NCBI GenBank assembly: GCA_964562405.1
Contig: CAZLTC010000005.1
Coordinates: 3,381 to 67,380, forward strand
Direction: 5' to 3'
Origin: an uncultured bacterium
GTDB taxonomy: Bacteria > Joyebacterota > Joyebacteria > Joyebacterales > Joyebacteraceae
DNA: 64,000 bases
Position 1 is the first letter of the stretch; every line of letters starts with the position of its first letter. The notes below the pieces were generated by a model. That model ran no database searches and was not told the DNA's origin. It saw only the letters and a list, made by a program, of their open reading frames with translations. Shown here piece after piece: positions 39,101-47,081 of the stretch. Position numbers and translations under genes: made by a program.

Positions 39101-41441
39101 CGATCTCGTGACCTACAGCGTAGGCGTGAGCGATGGCGGCGCCGGCATAGGCGACGTCTTCATCGACCTGTCGGGCGTAGGCGGTCCGTCTTTCCTCCGA
39201 ATGATGGATGACGGGCGCTCTCCCGACGGAGCTGCCGCTGACGGAGTCTATTCTGTGAGTGACACGTTGCGTGCCGGGGCGGCGAACGGTGAGCACACGG
39301 TGTTCGTTACGGCCAGGGATGCTTCGAACGTTTCCGAGGCGAAGCTCGGCATAACCGTCAACGTGGACAACCCCGCGGTCGCGCTCCGCGAGTTCGACGA
39401 TCCGGTCGGGGACGACCACGGACCGGACCAGACGTCTGCGAACGGCACCCCCATCCAGGGTCTGTACTACTACTACCCGACCAACTTCGTGTTCCTACCG
39501 GGATCGTTCGATCTCACGGACGTGGAGATCTTCGCGGACGGCGACTGGCTAGTCTTCCGCGTTCACCTCGACGATCTGGCCAACCACCAGGACGCGGGCT
39601 CGGCGGATTGGGGTGCGCCTCAGCCGAGTGAGCAGACGTGCACCAATCCCTATCGGACGGACCTCAACCTTCAGAAGATAGACATCTACATCGACGCCAG
39701 GGAAGGCGAAGGGGCGACGAGTGGGTTCCCCAACAGGTACGTCGACATCGCCACGGTCGACGCGTGGGACTACGCCATAGCCGTGGAGGGTTGGGGAAAG
39801 TGGTTCGTGAAGTCGAACGGGGAGAACTCGATAGCCAGCTGGTCGCTCTACAAGAACGACAGCGACATAAGTATGTGCGACGACTATGAGAACAATTACG
39901 TCGACGTCCGCGTCGACAGATCGCTCTTCGGACAGGACCTCGACGAGGACAACCTGAGCCTCCTCGAGTGGGACATCATCGTCACGATGGCCTCGCACGA
40001 CGGTGACTCGAGCGACCAGAACCTCGGCGGGACACGCTGGGTGAACGCCAACACGAGCGAGTGGCAGATAGGCGGCGGTCGCGACGGAGAAGCGAGCCGC
40101 GAGCGCGATGCCAACATCATGGACGTCGCGATGTCGCCCGGCGCGAGTCACGAGCCAGGCCGGACTCAGCAGGAGATGCTCGACTACACCACTCCCGAGG
40201 CGGAGCAGCGCTTCGCGGATGACAAGGTCGCCTGCGTGTTGGAGGCCAGTTTCGCGCTCGACACGTCTCCGCCGGTCATAACGCCGCTCAAGTCAGACCC
40301 CGACGTGCGCCACATCCCGTGGGTCGCGCTGGATGAGGCGCCTGCCGTCTTCTGGACGACGATAACCGATGTGTCGGACGTCGACGAGGCAATGTTCTAT
40401 TGGTATCCGGTTGGACTTCCAGCGTTGGTCGACTCTGTGAAGATGGTGAATCTGTATAGCGACATCTGGGCCGGTGACGTCGCCAGGGCGGACATCGTTG
40501 CCCATACTGACGTCGTCGAACAGGTAAAGACGGGCGCCAGCCGCGTCATACTCGGCTCGATCCGGGCGCGTGACGCCTCGTCGAACCACAACCAGATCAA
40601 GACCGTGTTCAAAGAGATCGCTATCCCCGAACCGTGGGCCTCCTCGCAGCGCATCGCCGACGTCGACACCTCATTCGTGGCGGGCGAGGACTACGCGGCG
40701 ATCTTCCAGGACGGCACGCTCCTCGTTCTGGAGCCCGGTCAGGTGGTGCCGGAGGGCGGGCTCGACATCTTGCTCACGCCGGTCGCTCAGAGCCTCGTCG
40801 ACCTCGACAACATTCGCAAGGACATGGCGTTCACCGGCGTTGCGAGGGACGTCCGCCTGGAGACGGGCGACAGGAGCACGGTAGCTCTCAGCGTTCCCGC
40901 GTGGCTCATCATGCACTACCCACAGTACGATGTGGGGGGCCTGAACGAGAACGCATTCGGCGTCTTCGAGTGGAACGAAGAGACGGAGCGCTGGATAGCC
41001 CTCGGAGGAGCGGCGAACAAGAAGGGCAACTCGGTCACATGTGTGGGCCTCGAGCGGCTCGGTCTCTTCGGTCTGTTCGAGTGGGACGCTCTTGACACGG
41101 GCGGCAGCCGCGGACTCTCGGGAGTGCTCGCCGAGCCGAATCCGTTCTCGCCCAACGGCGACGGGCTCTACGACGACATGGTGGTCACGTTCTACATCGG
41201 GAGAGAGGCCGACTACGTCAACATCGAGTTCTACGATCTGGCCGGAGTGCTCGCCAGACGTCTCGTCTTCCAGGATCCGGCCAACTACACGGGGCGCACC
41301 CCGATGCAGGTGGTGTGGGACGGCACGGACATGAACGGCAACGTGGTTCCCTACGGGCTCTACGTGTTGCGCGTAGAGGCCAAGTTCAAGACCGAGCCCA
41401 TCTACGAGCGCGTGAACATACCCGTAGCAGTCATCAAGTAG
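36105..41441 (+). CDS. Giant (1778 aa) secreted multidomain protein. It has an N-terminal CBM9/DOMON-like carbohydrate-binding domain, carboxypeptidase-regulatory-like and Big/Ig-like beta-sandwich repeats, a glucodextranase-C-like domain and a C-terminal T9SS-type/FlgD-Ig-like sorting domain
   Basis: Signal peptide MRRYLPAVTLLTILLLASGAFP. TIDGRVQQSASDWDADELGVDDPTDDGRWY...LYVTWDADNLYVGV (CBM9-like). Repeated GSISGTVTLDD...YEVTATA (CarbopepD_reg-like). LYYYYPTNFVFLPGSFDLTDVEIFADGDWLVFRVHLDDL...IDIYID (shared with the 50256..51032 protein). C-terminus NPFSPNGDGLYDDMVVTFYIGREADYVNIEFYDLAGVLARRLVF...VVWDGTDMNGNVVPYGLYVLRVEA. Confidence 0.8.
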   Translation: MRRYLPAVTLLTILLLASGAFPKTYNTPTIDGRVQQSASDWDADELGVDDPTDDGRWYPSDPDLDDLYVTWDADNLYVGVTTQRGPGQYGNGYVIFMDIDGQNGVTGATSFASADFYPRNISFSTMGADVVGGAWAGQGQFPMSMDFKRCTDPTSTTLMTGVTYSANPGVLNFEFGMPWDTIFGLGQGVVPAGTKMRFIVVVVGGDGSGAYDAMPTSSTGAESNPSTPWDANTDLDNYYEVLVDGNGDGVPDQGFPSGGSISGTVTLDDETDLETVVTVSAYLEGELTGSDTTPAGGGAYSIGRLPDGDYEVTATAVSYLDSTRYATVVSESDETGIDFLLQRVNGAIEGQVALSGGPATDVTVTAYDVVTGATAGSGPATVTGGTGAFRIGTVLDGTYRVEATAKGYVEQAAQAVVALEGTADVGLLTLPAVVATKYTFVDSSGAEIYSAGTTVSIPDSSIYYFAHAWLEPRDDDDRVAYWDTAVQESVLLSATKLDPSYPPSGTIVFAGADSMEMPDSTITAAMFDDGRAPLLVAGDEIEVLRVLAAGNGLSGVLEVGIDAPAATRLALTSDISTIDVGTGIARITGQLIDAAGNDTKISGVQASMTAGGAGGLFSISSPETDANGRFELDFYGTVAGTTYVSAVIDPSSEYANLDVDEIAIVLEPGDASLVTLTATPAALRAGETGEITAAVVDAWGNSVGMSGLSIALTSSPVGLLTSLDTPLVTEADGMASGSVTAGTAYGIVEVSGAAAGVSVETIYIPIDATIVAVDETAPESDNAHNSNAGVDLTIMRATSDAETLEVTLDFSSDWDGVHLMLALESHDDAAGGASDPFGFPVNFGHTLLPDYVFTYKYAANDYADLRRFFGGQWEHYDFVNKEWRVGYIPEVNALAYGYIVREQDKVIFRIPFSVLETDFGDTVRVEAYLTQEADGEKRTALDSVPQDATHDMVPDTGEWWETATTPVTLTNYAVHEILVPGDPPVLSDGTASPSTAQPGDLVTYSVGVSDGGAGIGDVFIDLSGVGGPSFLRMMDDGRSPDGAAADGVYSVSDTLRAGAANGEHTVFVTARDASNVSEAKLGITVNVDNPAVALREFDDPVGDDHGPDQTSANGTPIQGLYYYYPTNFVFLPGSFDLTDVEIFADGDWLVFRVHLDDLANHQDAGSADWGAPQPSEQTCTNPYRTDLNLQKIDIYIDAREGEGATSGFPNRYVDIATVDAWDYAIAVEGWGKWFVKSNGENSIASWSLYKNDSDISMCDDYENNYVDVRVDRSLFGQDLDEDNLSLLEWDIIVTMASHDGDSSDQNLGGTRWVNANTSEWQIGGGRDGEASRERDANIMDVAMSPGASHEPGRTQQEMLDYTTPEAEQRFADDKVACVLEASFALDTSPPVITPLKSDPDVRHIPWVALDEAPAVFWTTITDVSDVDEAMFYWYPVGLPALVDSVKMVNLYSDIWAGDVARADIVAHTDVVEQVKTGASRVILGSIRARDASSNHNQIKTVFKEIAIPEPWASSQRIADVDTSFVAGEDYAAIFQDGTLLVLEPGQVVPEGGLDILLTPVAQSLVDLDNIRKDMAFTGVARDVRLETGDRSTVALSVPAWLIMHYPQYDVGGLNENAFGVFEWNEETERWIALGGAANKKGNSVTCVGLERLGLFGLFEWDALDTGGSRGLSGVLAEPNPFSPNGDGLYDDMVVTFYIGREADYVNIEFYDLAGVLARRLVFQDPANYTGRTPMQVVWDGTDMNGNVVPYGLYVLRVEAKFKTEPIYERVNIPVAVIK

Positions 41442-41456
41442 CAGAGGACGGAGACT

Positions 41457-42329
41457 ATGAAGAGGGCCATCCTAGCTGCAAGCGTCGCCTTCCTGTTGGC
41501 GGGTACGGCCGGCGCGAACTTCCTGGAGGTGGAGGTCGGGGCGCGCGCGATGGGTATGGGAGGCGCGTTCGTGGCCGTGGCCGACGATGTCACGGCGCTC
41601 CACTGGAACCCGGCCGGGCTCGCCGATCTCGAAGGCATCCAGGTTTTCGGAATGAGGACGAGCGTCTACAGTGTCGACGGGCTCTCGGAGGACTCGGTCC
41701 TCGCGGGCTACGGGATGGGGCGACGCGGGATTGCGGCCGGCTGGCTCAGGACGGGAGCTCAGGACCTCTATCATGAGGACACGCTGGTTGCGGGCTACGG
41801 GATGAAGACGCCCATCGACGGGCTGTCGGCGGGGCTCTCGGTGAAGCGCTACTCCATCGCCGCTCCCGGTTACGAGTACTACAACGACCCGAACTTCGAC
41901 ACCGGAGGCGACGCGGCATTCTCGGGCGACGTCGGAGTCCTCTACCGCAGTGGGAGCTGGTCGGCCGGGGCCACCTACAGGAACATCGGCGAGCCGACGC
42001 TCCAGCTCATCTCCACCACGCAGGATCCCGACCCGATCGTCGGCGAGTTCAGGGTCGGCGGTTCCTACGTCTTCCGCGAGGTCATGACCATCTCGGGGGA
42101 GTGGAGGGTTCCGAGCGAGGTGCCCTCCTACTACGACAGCGCCGGCAGCTTCAATCTGGGGACCGAGGTGTGGTTCTACGACGTATTCGCGCTGCGGGCG
42201 GGTATGAACAGGGACAGGATCACCGCGGGTCTGGGCCTCAAGGCCGACCCGGTGAGGATCGACGTCGCGCTTCTCTCGGAGCGCAGGATCGGGAGTCTCT
42301 ACAGGCTGTCCGCGATCCTAACCTGGTAA
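41457..42329 (+). CDS. Small (290 aa) outer-membrane beta-barrel of the FadL-like superfamily, possibly a PorP/SprF- or PorQ-like T9SS accessory protein
   Basis: Signal peptide MKRAILAASVAFLLAGTAGA. N-terminal ARAMGMGGAFVAVADDVTALHWNPAGLADL (FadL-type NPA motif). Amphipathic beta-strands; C-terminal ...LYRLSAILTW. 15 nt downstream of the giant CTD protein, a SprB-SprF-like order. Confidence 0.55.
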   Translation: MKRAILAASVAFLLAGTAGANFLEVEVGARAMGMGGAFVAVADDVTALHWNPAGLADLEGIQVFGMRTSVYSVDGLSEDSVLAGYGMGRRGIAAGWLRTGAQDLYHEDTLVAGYGMKTPIDGLSAGLSVKRYSIAAPGYEYYNDPNFDTGGDAAFSGDVGVLYRSGSWSAGATYRNIGEPTLQLISTTQDPDPIVGEFRVGGSYVFREVMTISGEWRVPSEVPSYYDSAGSFNLGTEVWFYDVFALRAGMNRDRITAGLGLKADPVRIDVALLSERRIGSLYRLSAILTW

Positions 42330-42386
42330 CGGAGTCGCGCCCCGGACGCGTGCGGGGCGCTTTGCCACACCGACAAGGAGCATCCA

Positions 42387-43961
42387 GTGATCCGAACGGG
42401 CAGGGAGTGGTCGATCAGGAGAGGAGCGGTCTTCCTTGCCGTTCTTCTGCTAGCGACGACCGCGGGGAGCGCCGCGGCCGTCACCACGCTCGAGGGCTAC
42501 TCCGAGCTCATGACGGAGATCCGTTCGAGTGGCGGAGGGGACCCGAGTTGGGACCTCAACAATCCGAAGCTCTACGCAGAGCTTCGGCTCAAGGCGAGCC
42601 CGTGGCAGGGTGTCGACAGCTTCCTCAAGATCTCCGCCGAGTCGAATCGCTGGACAGACGATATGAAGGACACGAAGTTCTTCTTCCGCGAGGCGCACAT
42701 GCACTACAGGGCGGAGCGCTTCGAGACCTACCTCTTCAGCGGCCAGGACAGGTTCTGGCTCAACGAACCGCTCCTGGAGATCGTGAACACTGGCGTCGTG
42801 AAGAACGACGACTACGGCCCCAGGGCGCAGGGCATCCGCATGGACTTCTGGCAGGTCAAGGGCTTCACGGGCGCGGCGTTCATGAGCGAGAGGAGCGACT
42901 ACATCTCGGCTCCGTGGTCCTCGCTATCCGAGTCCGAGCAGGCGGTCCATCCCGGCTCGACCGTGGGCGACACTCTCTCGAGCAGCACCGACGACTACCG
43001 TGGCCTGCGTCTCACGCGCGACTTCATGAGCAACAGGATCTATCTGGGCGGGACCTACGCGCGCAAGGACTACAGCTCCTCCGCATACAAGGGGGAGTCG
43101 CAGAGCTTCGACGAGGTCACGGCGTTCGATGCGGAGTTCGCGCTGGGAGAAATCATCCCCGTACTGCAGCAGTTCGGGCGCGTTACCTGGGTAAGCGAGT
43201 TCGGGGTCAACTCGTCGGGCTACCTCTGGAACGCCGAGGATCCCAGCAGGAACGGGTTCAAGACGGAGCTTCGCGACATGAGGGTCGGCCCGTTCCGCGT
43301 CAACGGCTCGTTCGAGGAGTACGGGAAGGACTTCTACACGGTCGGACTCGCATCCGGCGACAAGAACAACCTGAACGACTACACGCAGTACTACGGCGAG
43401 GGACACTACCGGCTCCCGACCAAGGCCATCAACCTCAAGGGGTGGATACGGCACGCTGCGCCGAACAATCCCGGAGTCACCAGTTACTCGAACTCCGTGG
43501 GCACGGTCGACGAATGGGGGACCGAGACCTACGTGGAGTTCGTGAACGGCTTCACGGGGAGGGCCGAGTACAAGCTCTACGAGGATGACAACGGAAGGTG
43601 GCCGAACCTGTTCTTCGAGGCCACCGGAGAGAACCGCCTCGTGAAGCTGCGCACCCAGTTCCGTGTGAAGGACATCGGAACCGTCTATGAGCTCACCGCG
43701 TACGGTTTCGAAGCCAACGTCAACCTCACCGACAACTGGCAGTTCTATGCACGTATCCTCAACGTCGATGAGAAGACGGAGTCTCGGCAGACGGCCTTCG
43801 CGCAGATTCGATATCTTGGATGGACCGGCGCCGAGTTCTTCGTCGAGTTCGGCAATCCGGACCAGAGCAATGACCTCGTGAACGACGGGGACTTCGTGCA
43901 GCACGGGAGCGGCAACACGACGGAGCAGGTGTTCAAGGCTTTCCTGAAGATATACTACTAG
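42387..43961 (+). CDS. Outer-membrane beta-barrel protein (porin-like, 524 aa), paralogous to the barrel part of 44065..46206
   Basis: GTG start after AAGGAG; signal peptide ...VFLAVLLLATTAGSAAA. Alternating-hydrophobic strands with many Y/W/G; C-terminal ...EQVFKAFLKIYY (aromatic terminus typical of OMP beta-barrels). Confidence 0.6.
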   Translation: MIRTGREWSIRRGAVFLAVLLLATTAGSAAAVTTLEGYSELMTEIRSSGGGDPSWDLNNPKLYAELRLKASPWQGVDSFLKISAESNRWTDDMKDTKFFFREAHMHYRAERFETYLFSGQDRFWLNEPLLEIVNTGVVKNDDYGPRAQGIRMDFWQVKGFTGAAFMSERSDYISAPWSSLSESEQAVHPGSTVGDTLSSSTDDYRGLRLTRDFMSNRIYLGGTYARKDYSSSAYKGESQSFDEVTAFDAEFALGEIIPVLQQFGRVTWVSEFGVNSSGYLWNAEDPSRNGFKTELRDMRVGPFRVNGSFEEYGKDFYTVGLASGDKNNLNDYTQYYGEGHYRLPTKAINLKGWIRHAAPNNPGVTSYSNSVGTVDEWGTETYVEFVNGFTGRAEYKLYEDDNGRWPNLFFEATGENRLVKLRTQFRVKDIGTVYELTAYGFEANVNLTDNWQFYARILNVDEKTESRQTAFAQIRYLGWTGAEFFVEFGNPDQSNDLVNDGDFVQHGSGNTTEQVFKAFLKIYY

Positions 43962-44064
43962 CGCTGCGCGGGCGCGATTGCCCGCGGGCGGGGCGGCCAC
44001 CGGGACGAGCCCGGCTCGAGGCCAGGACGGGCGGCGAACGAGCCGCGCACACGGAGATGAGACC

Positions 44065-46206
44065 ATGAAGCCAGGACGCTGTTCGGTACTCGCAATGGCC
44101 ACCGCGGCGCTGCTCCTTCTGGGGGTGAGCGCCGCCTTGTCCGACGTGGCCGTCGTGGACGGCGGGATAGAATTCAGCTACGACGACCAGTACGCTGGGA
44201 GCGTCAGCCTCGCGGGCGACTTCAACAACTGGAGCATGGACGCCACGCCGCTCACGCTGGGAGAGGACGGTGTGTGGAGGGTGGTCTACGACCTGGGCCC
44301 GGGCTCGTACGAATACAAGTTCGTCGTCAACGGCTCAGAATGGATAGCCGACCCCGGCAACACGGTAGTCGTGGGCGACTACGGAAACTCCGGTCTGACG
44401 ATCGACGACAGCGGCGAGATAGTTGTCTCGGGGGGCGCCGCGGCGATATCGAACACGACGGTCAACTCGCGCGTGAAGATCAGCGGGTGGTACAGGGCGA
44501 CCTACAACACACAGTCGGATGTGCCGAGCGACCCGCGGTGGAGGCTGAACCGCCCGGAGCACGAGTTCTACATCGGGGTCGATCCGACCGTGAACAAGCA
44601 GGTCTCCGGGAGCGCAATGCTTCATCTCTCGACGGGCTCCGGCGACATCAAGGAGATCCACGCCGACATCTACAGCGGACACCTCACGTTCCAGGGCGGG
44701 CCGTTCAGCGTGATAGGCTGGTACAACGAGGAGGACGTGCAGTTCGACAATCCCCTCGAGTACGTCGGCCACACCGACCTCAGAGGCACGATCCCCGAGG
44801 AGCACATCCCGTTCGGCCGCGGCGCACAGGGCGTGAACCTCAAGACGGCCCCTTGGGGCTTCGACCTCACCGCCGTGTACGCGAACCAGTACGATCTGAA
44901 CATCTACAACAACCCCTCGATCTATGACAACACCGACACCGACCTCCTGGCGGCCCGGCTCAAGAGGCAGGCGGGCCCGGCCATGATCGGCGTGACGTAC
45001 GCGGCACACATCGACGGGTGGTGGATGAACTGGGCCGGCACTAACGAGAGCCCGCAGCTCAGCGAGTACATCGCGGAGAGCGGCAGCACCAGTGACTGGT
45101 TCGAGCTCTCCAACACCGAGCGTCTCATGGGTGTCGACGTCGACCTCCCGCTGGCTTCCGACATGTTCGACGTGAAGGCCGAGTATGCCCTCTATAGTTA
45201 CAACGGGCTGTGGGACATGGGCAACCGCGAGAAGGTCGAGGGAGAGGACTACTCGAACGGGGCCATAGACGTTCCGTTCGGCGACACCGACGGCTGGGTC
45301 GCACGCGGGGTTGTGGACGTCTCCACGCTCAAGCCGCTCGACCTCAAGCTCGAGGCAACACGATTCTCGCTCGACGGCATGGCCTACGATGAGGAGTTCG
45401 TCTCCTTCAGCGGTCCGATCTGGTGGAACGACTTCGGCCCGACGGTTCAGTCCGAGCCGTTCCCGGGAGCGGCGATCCGCCAGTACACGGAGGTCAAGTA
45501 CGCGGGCTCGCCCCTCATCGTCAACGTCTACGGGCCCCTCCCCGAGTACAAGAGCTGGGACTTTGAGCTCGAGGCCGGGTTCGGCCTTGGCATCTTCGAC
45601 ATGGGGCTCGAGTACGACAGGTACAGCTTCGAGGGCACGTTCATAGACTCCCTCGAGTGGCTGATGGGCCCGGGTGACTTCGACGGGTCGAGCCAGCGCA
45701 TCGCGGGAACGGCGAAGGCCGACATCCTTCCCGATAAGTTCGAGGTCGGGTTCGATTTCGAGTCGCTTACCCACGATTTGAACATGGGCAGCGAACTGGA
45801 GGAGGGTATCGGCTGGAGCAAGCCGATCGACACGTTCGAGGCCATTCTGTCAGGGCGCTACGAGTTCATCGAGAACTGGGGCGTGATGGCCAACCTCCGC
45901 CGTATCACGTACAACGATGTTCCGACTGTCTCCGCGTCCAGGGACTCCGTGACGTACGACGACAAGAGCTTCTTCGCCCCCTACGTGGCTCTCGTGTACA
46001 GCCCCAGGCCCAACATCGAGGTCCGGCTGGGATACGGCGTCGACCCGACTAACTACGTAGACACCCCCGTCGAAGGCCGGGGCAACGGGCGTGAGCGCTG
46101 GCGTTCGCAGTACCTCTGGGAGCACAGCGCGTACGACGTCATCGACGCGGAGAAGGCGCTCGAGAACGCCCGCACAATAGGCGTGATGGCCGTCATTTCG
46201 TTCTAG
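44065..46206 (+). CDS. Outer-membrane beta-barrel protein fused to an N-terminal CBM48 / AMPK-beta-type glycogen-binding domain (713 aa)
   Basis: ATG 44065 after GGAG; signal peptide MKPGRCSVLAMATAALLLLGVSAALS. GGIEFSYDDQYAGSVSLAGDFNNWSMDATPLTLGEDGVWRVVYDLGPGSYEYKFVVNGSEWIADPGN matches the CBM48 consensus (F.Y....A..V.LAG.FNNW....PL...DG.W.......G.YEYKF.V.G.W..DP.N). Then about 600 aa of beta-strand-rich sequence ending ...TIGVMAVISF. Confidence 0.65.
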   Translation: MKPGRCSVLAMATAALLLLGVSAALSDVAVVDGGIEFSYDDQYAGSVSLAGDFNNWSMDATPLTLGEDGVWRVVYDLGPGSYEYKFVVNGSEWIADPGNTVVVGDYGNSGLTIDDSGEIVVSGGAAAISNTTVNSRVKISGWYRATYNTQSDVPSDPRWRLNRPEHEFYIGVDPTVNKQVSGSAMLHLSTGSGDIKEIHADIYSGHLTFQGGPFSVIGWYNEEDVQFDNPLEYVGHTDLRGTIPEEHIPFGRGAQGVNLKTAPWGFDLTAVYANQYDLNIYNNPSIYDNTDTDLLAARLKRQAGPAMIGVTYAAHIDGWWMNWAGTNESPQLSEYIAESGSTSDWFELSNTERLMGVDVDLPLASDMFDVKAEYALYSYNGLWDMGNREKVEGEDYSNGAIDVPFGDTDGWVARGVVDVSTLKPLDLKLEATRFSLDGMAYDEEFVSFSGPIWWNDFGPTVQSEPFPGAAIRQYTEVKYAGSPLIVNVYGPLPEYKSWDFELEAGFGLGIFDMGLEYDRYSFEGTFIDSLEWLMGPGDFDGSSQRIAGTAKADILPDKFEVGFDFESLTHDLNMGSELEEGIGWSKPIDTFEAILSGRYEFIENWGVMANLRRITYNDVPTVSASRDSVTYDDKSFFAPYVALVYSPRPNIEVRLGYGVDPTNYVDTPVEGRGNGRERWRSQYLWEHSAYDVIDAEKALENARTIGVMAVISF

Positions 46207-46223
46207 GGAGGCTTGAGACCAAC

Positions 46224-47003
46224 TTGAGACCAAACAGGACTCTCACGATCGGTAGAGTGGCCGCGCTGGTCGCGCTCGCGGCGGTCGCCGCCGGCCTCGT
46301 CTCTTGCGCGGCCGTGCTCGGTGCGATCGAGGACCGTCTGCCTCCGCCCGAGGAGGTGAAGGGTGGGTTCATCTTCCGTTACTACGCTCCCTCGGCGCGC
46401 CAGGTCACCCTCGCCGGCAGCTTCAACAACTGGGGTGGAACGAAGGGCGGCGGGCGATACGACCCAGGGATCGACCCGATGTCGGACCCCGACGGCGACG
46501 GTGTCTGGTCGATCGTGGTCCCGCTTGCCCCCGGCAGATACCAGTACAAGTTCGTGATCGACGGCGGCACACGCTGGGAGGAGGATCCCAACAACCTCGA
46601 CACGGGTACGGAGGACGGGATCGAGAACTCCCTCGTGATCGTCCCGCCTACGGTGAAGTACGCCTACGAGGCCGTCACGGGAACCGTCGTCAGCGGTGAG
46701 ACGCGCCCGGCGGCGGCCGAGGCGGCATCGAGCGTGACGGCGGCCTCGGTCGACGTCGACATCACGGCGGATCTCCCCGACGCGAAGGAGGTCTACGTCG
46801 CCGGAGACTTCAACGACTGGGCGCCCACGCAGTACAAGATGGAGAAGAACGAGGACGGCGTCTTTCACGTCACGCTGACGCTCGCTCCGGGCACATACGA
46901 GTACAAGCTCATCGTCGACGGCACATGGGTCGAAGACCCGGATAACCCGAACACGGTTCCGGACCCGTATGGAGGAGTGAACTCCGTCCTGACGGTGAAG
47001 TAG
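46224..47003 (+). CDS. Surface lipoprotein with two tandem CBM48 glycogen/starch-binding domains (SusE/SusF-like role)
   Basis: TTG start; lipobox ...AAGLVSCAA. Domain 1 GGFIFRYYAPSARQVTLAGSFNNWGGT...DGDGVWSIVVPLAPGRYQYKFVIDGGTRWEEDPNN. Domain 2 VDVDITADLPDAKEVYVAGDFNDWAPTQYKMEKNEDGVFHVTLTLAPGTYEYKLIVDGTWVEDPDNP. Confidence 0.7.
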   Translation: MRPNRTLTIGRVAALVALAAVAAGLVSCAAVLGAIEDRLPPPEEVKGGFIFRYYAPSARQVTLAGSFNNWGGTKGGGRYDPGIDPMSDPDGDGVWSIVVPLAPGRYQYKFVIDGGTRWEEDPNNLDTGTEDGIENSLVIVPPTVKYAYEAVTGTVVSGETRPAAAEAASSVTAASVDVDITADLPDAKEVYVAGDFNDWAPTQYKMEKNEDGVFHVTLTLAPGTYEYKLIVDGTWVEDPDNPNTVPDPYGGVNSVLTVK

Positions 47004-47081
47004 GCTCCGCGGCGGAGCAGGCGCCGTGCCCGACCGGCGGCCCCCAGCGGCGCGCTCGGTCATAGGAGGCCGCGACCGCCC

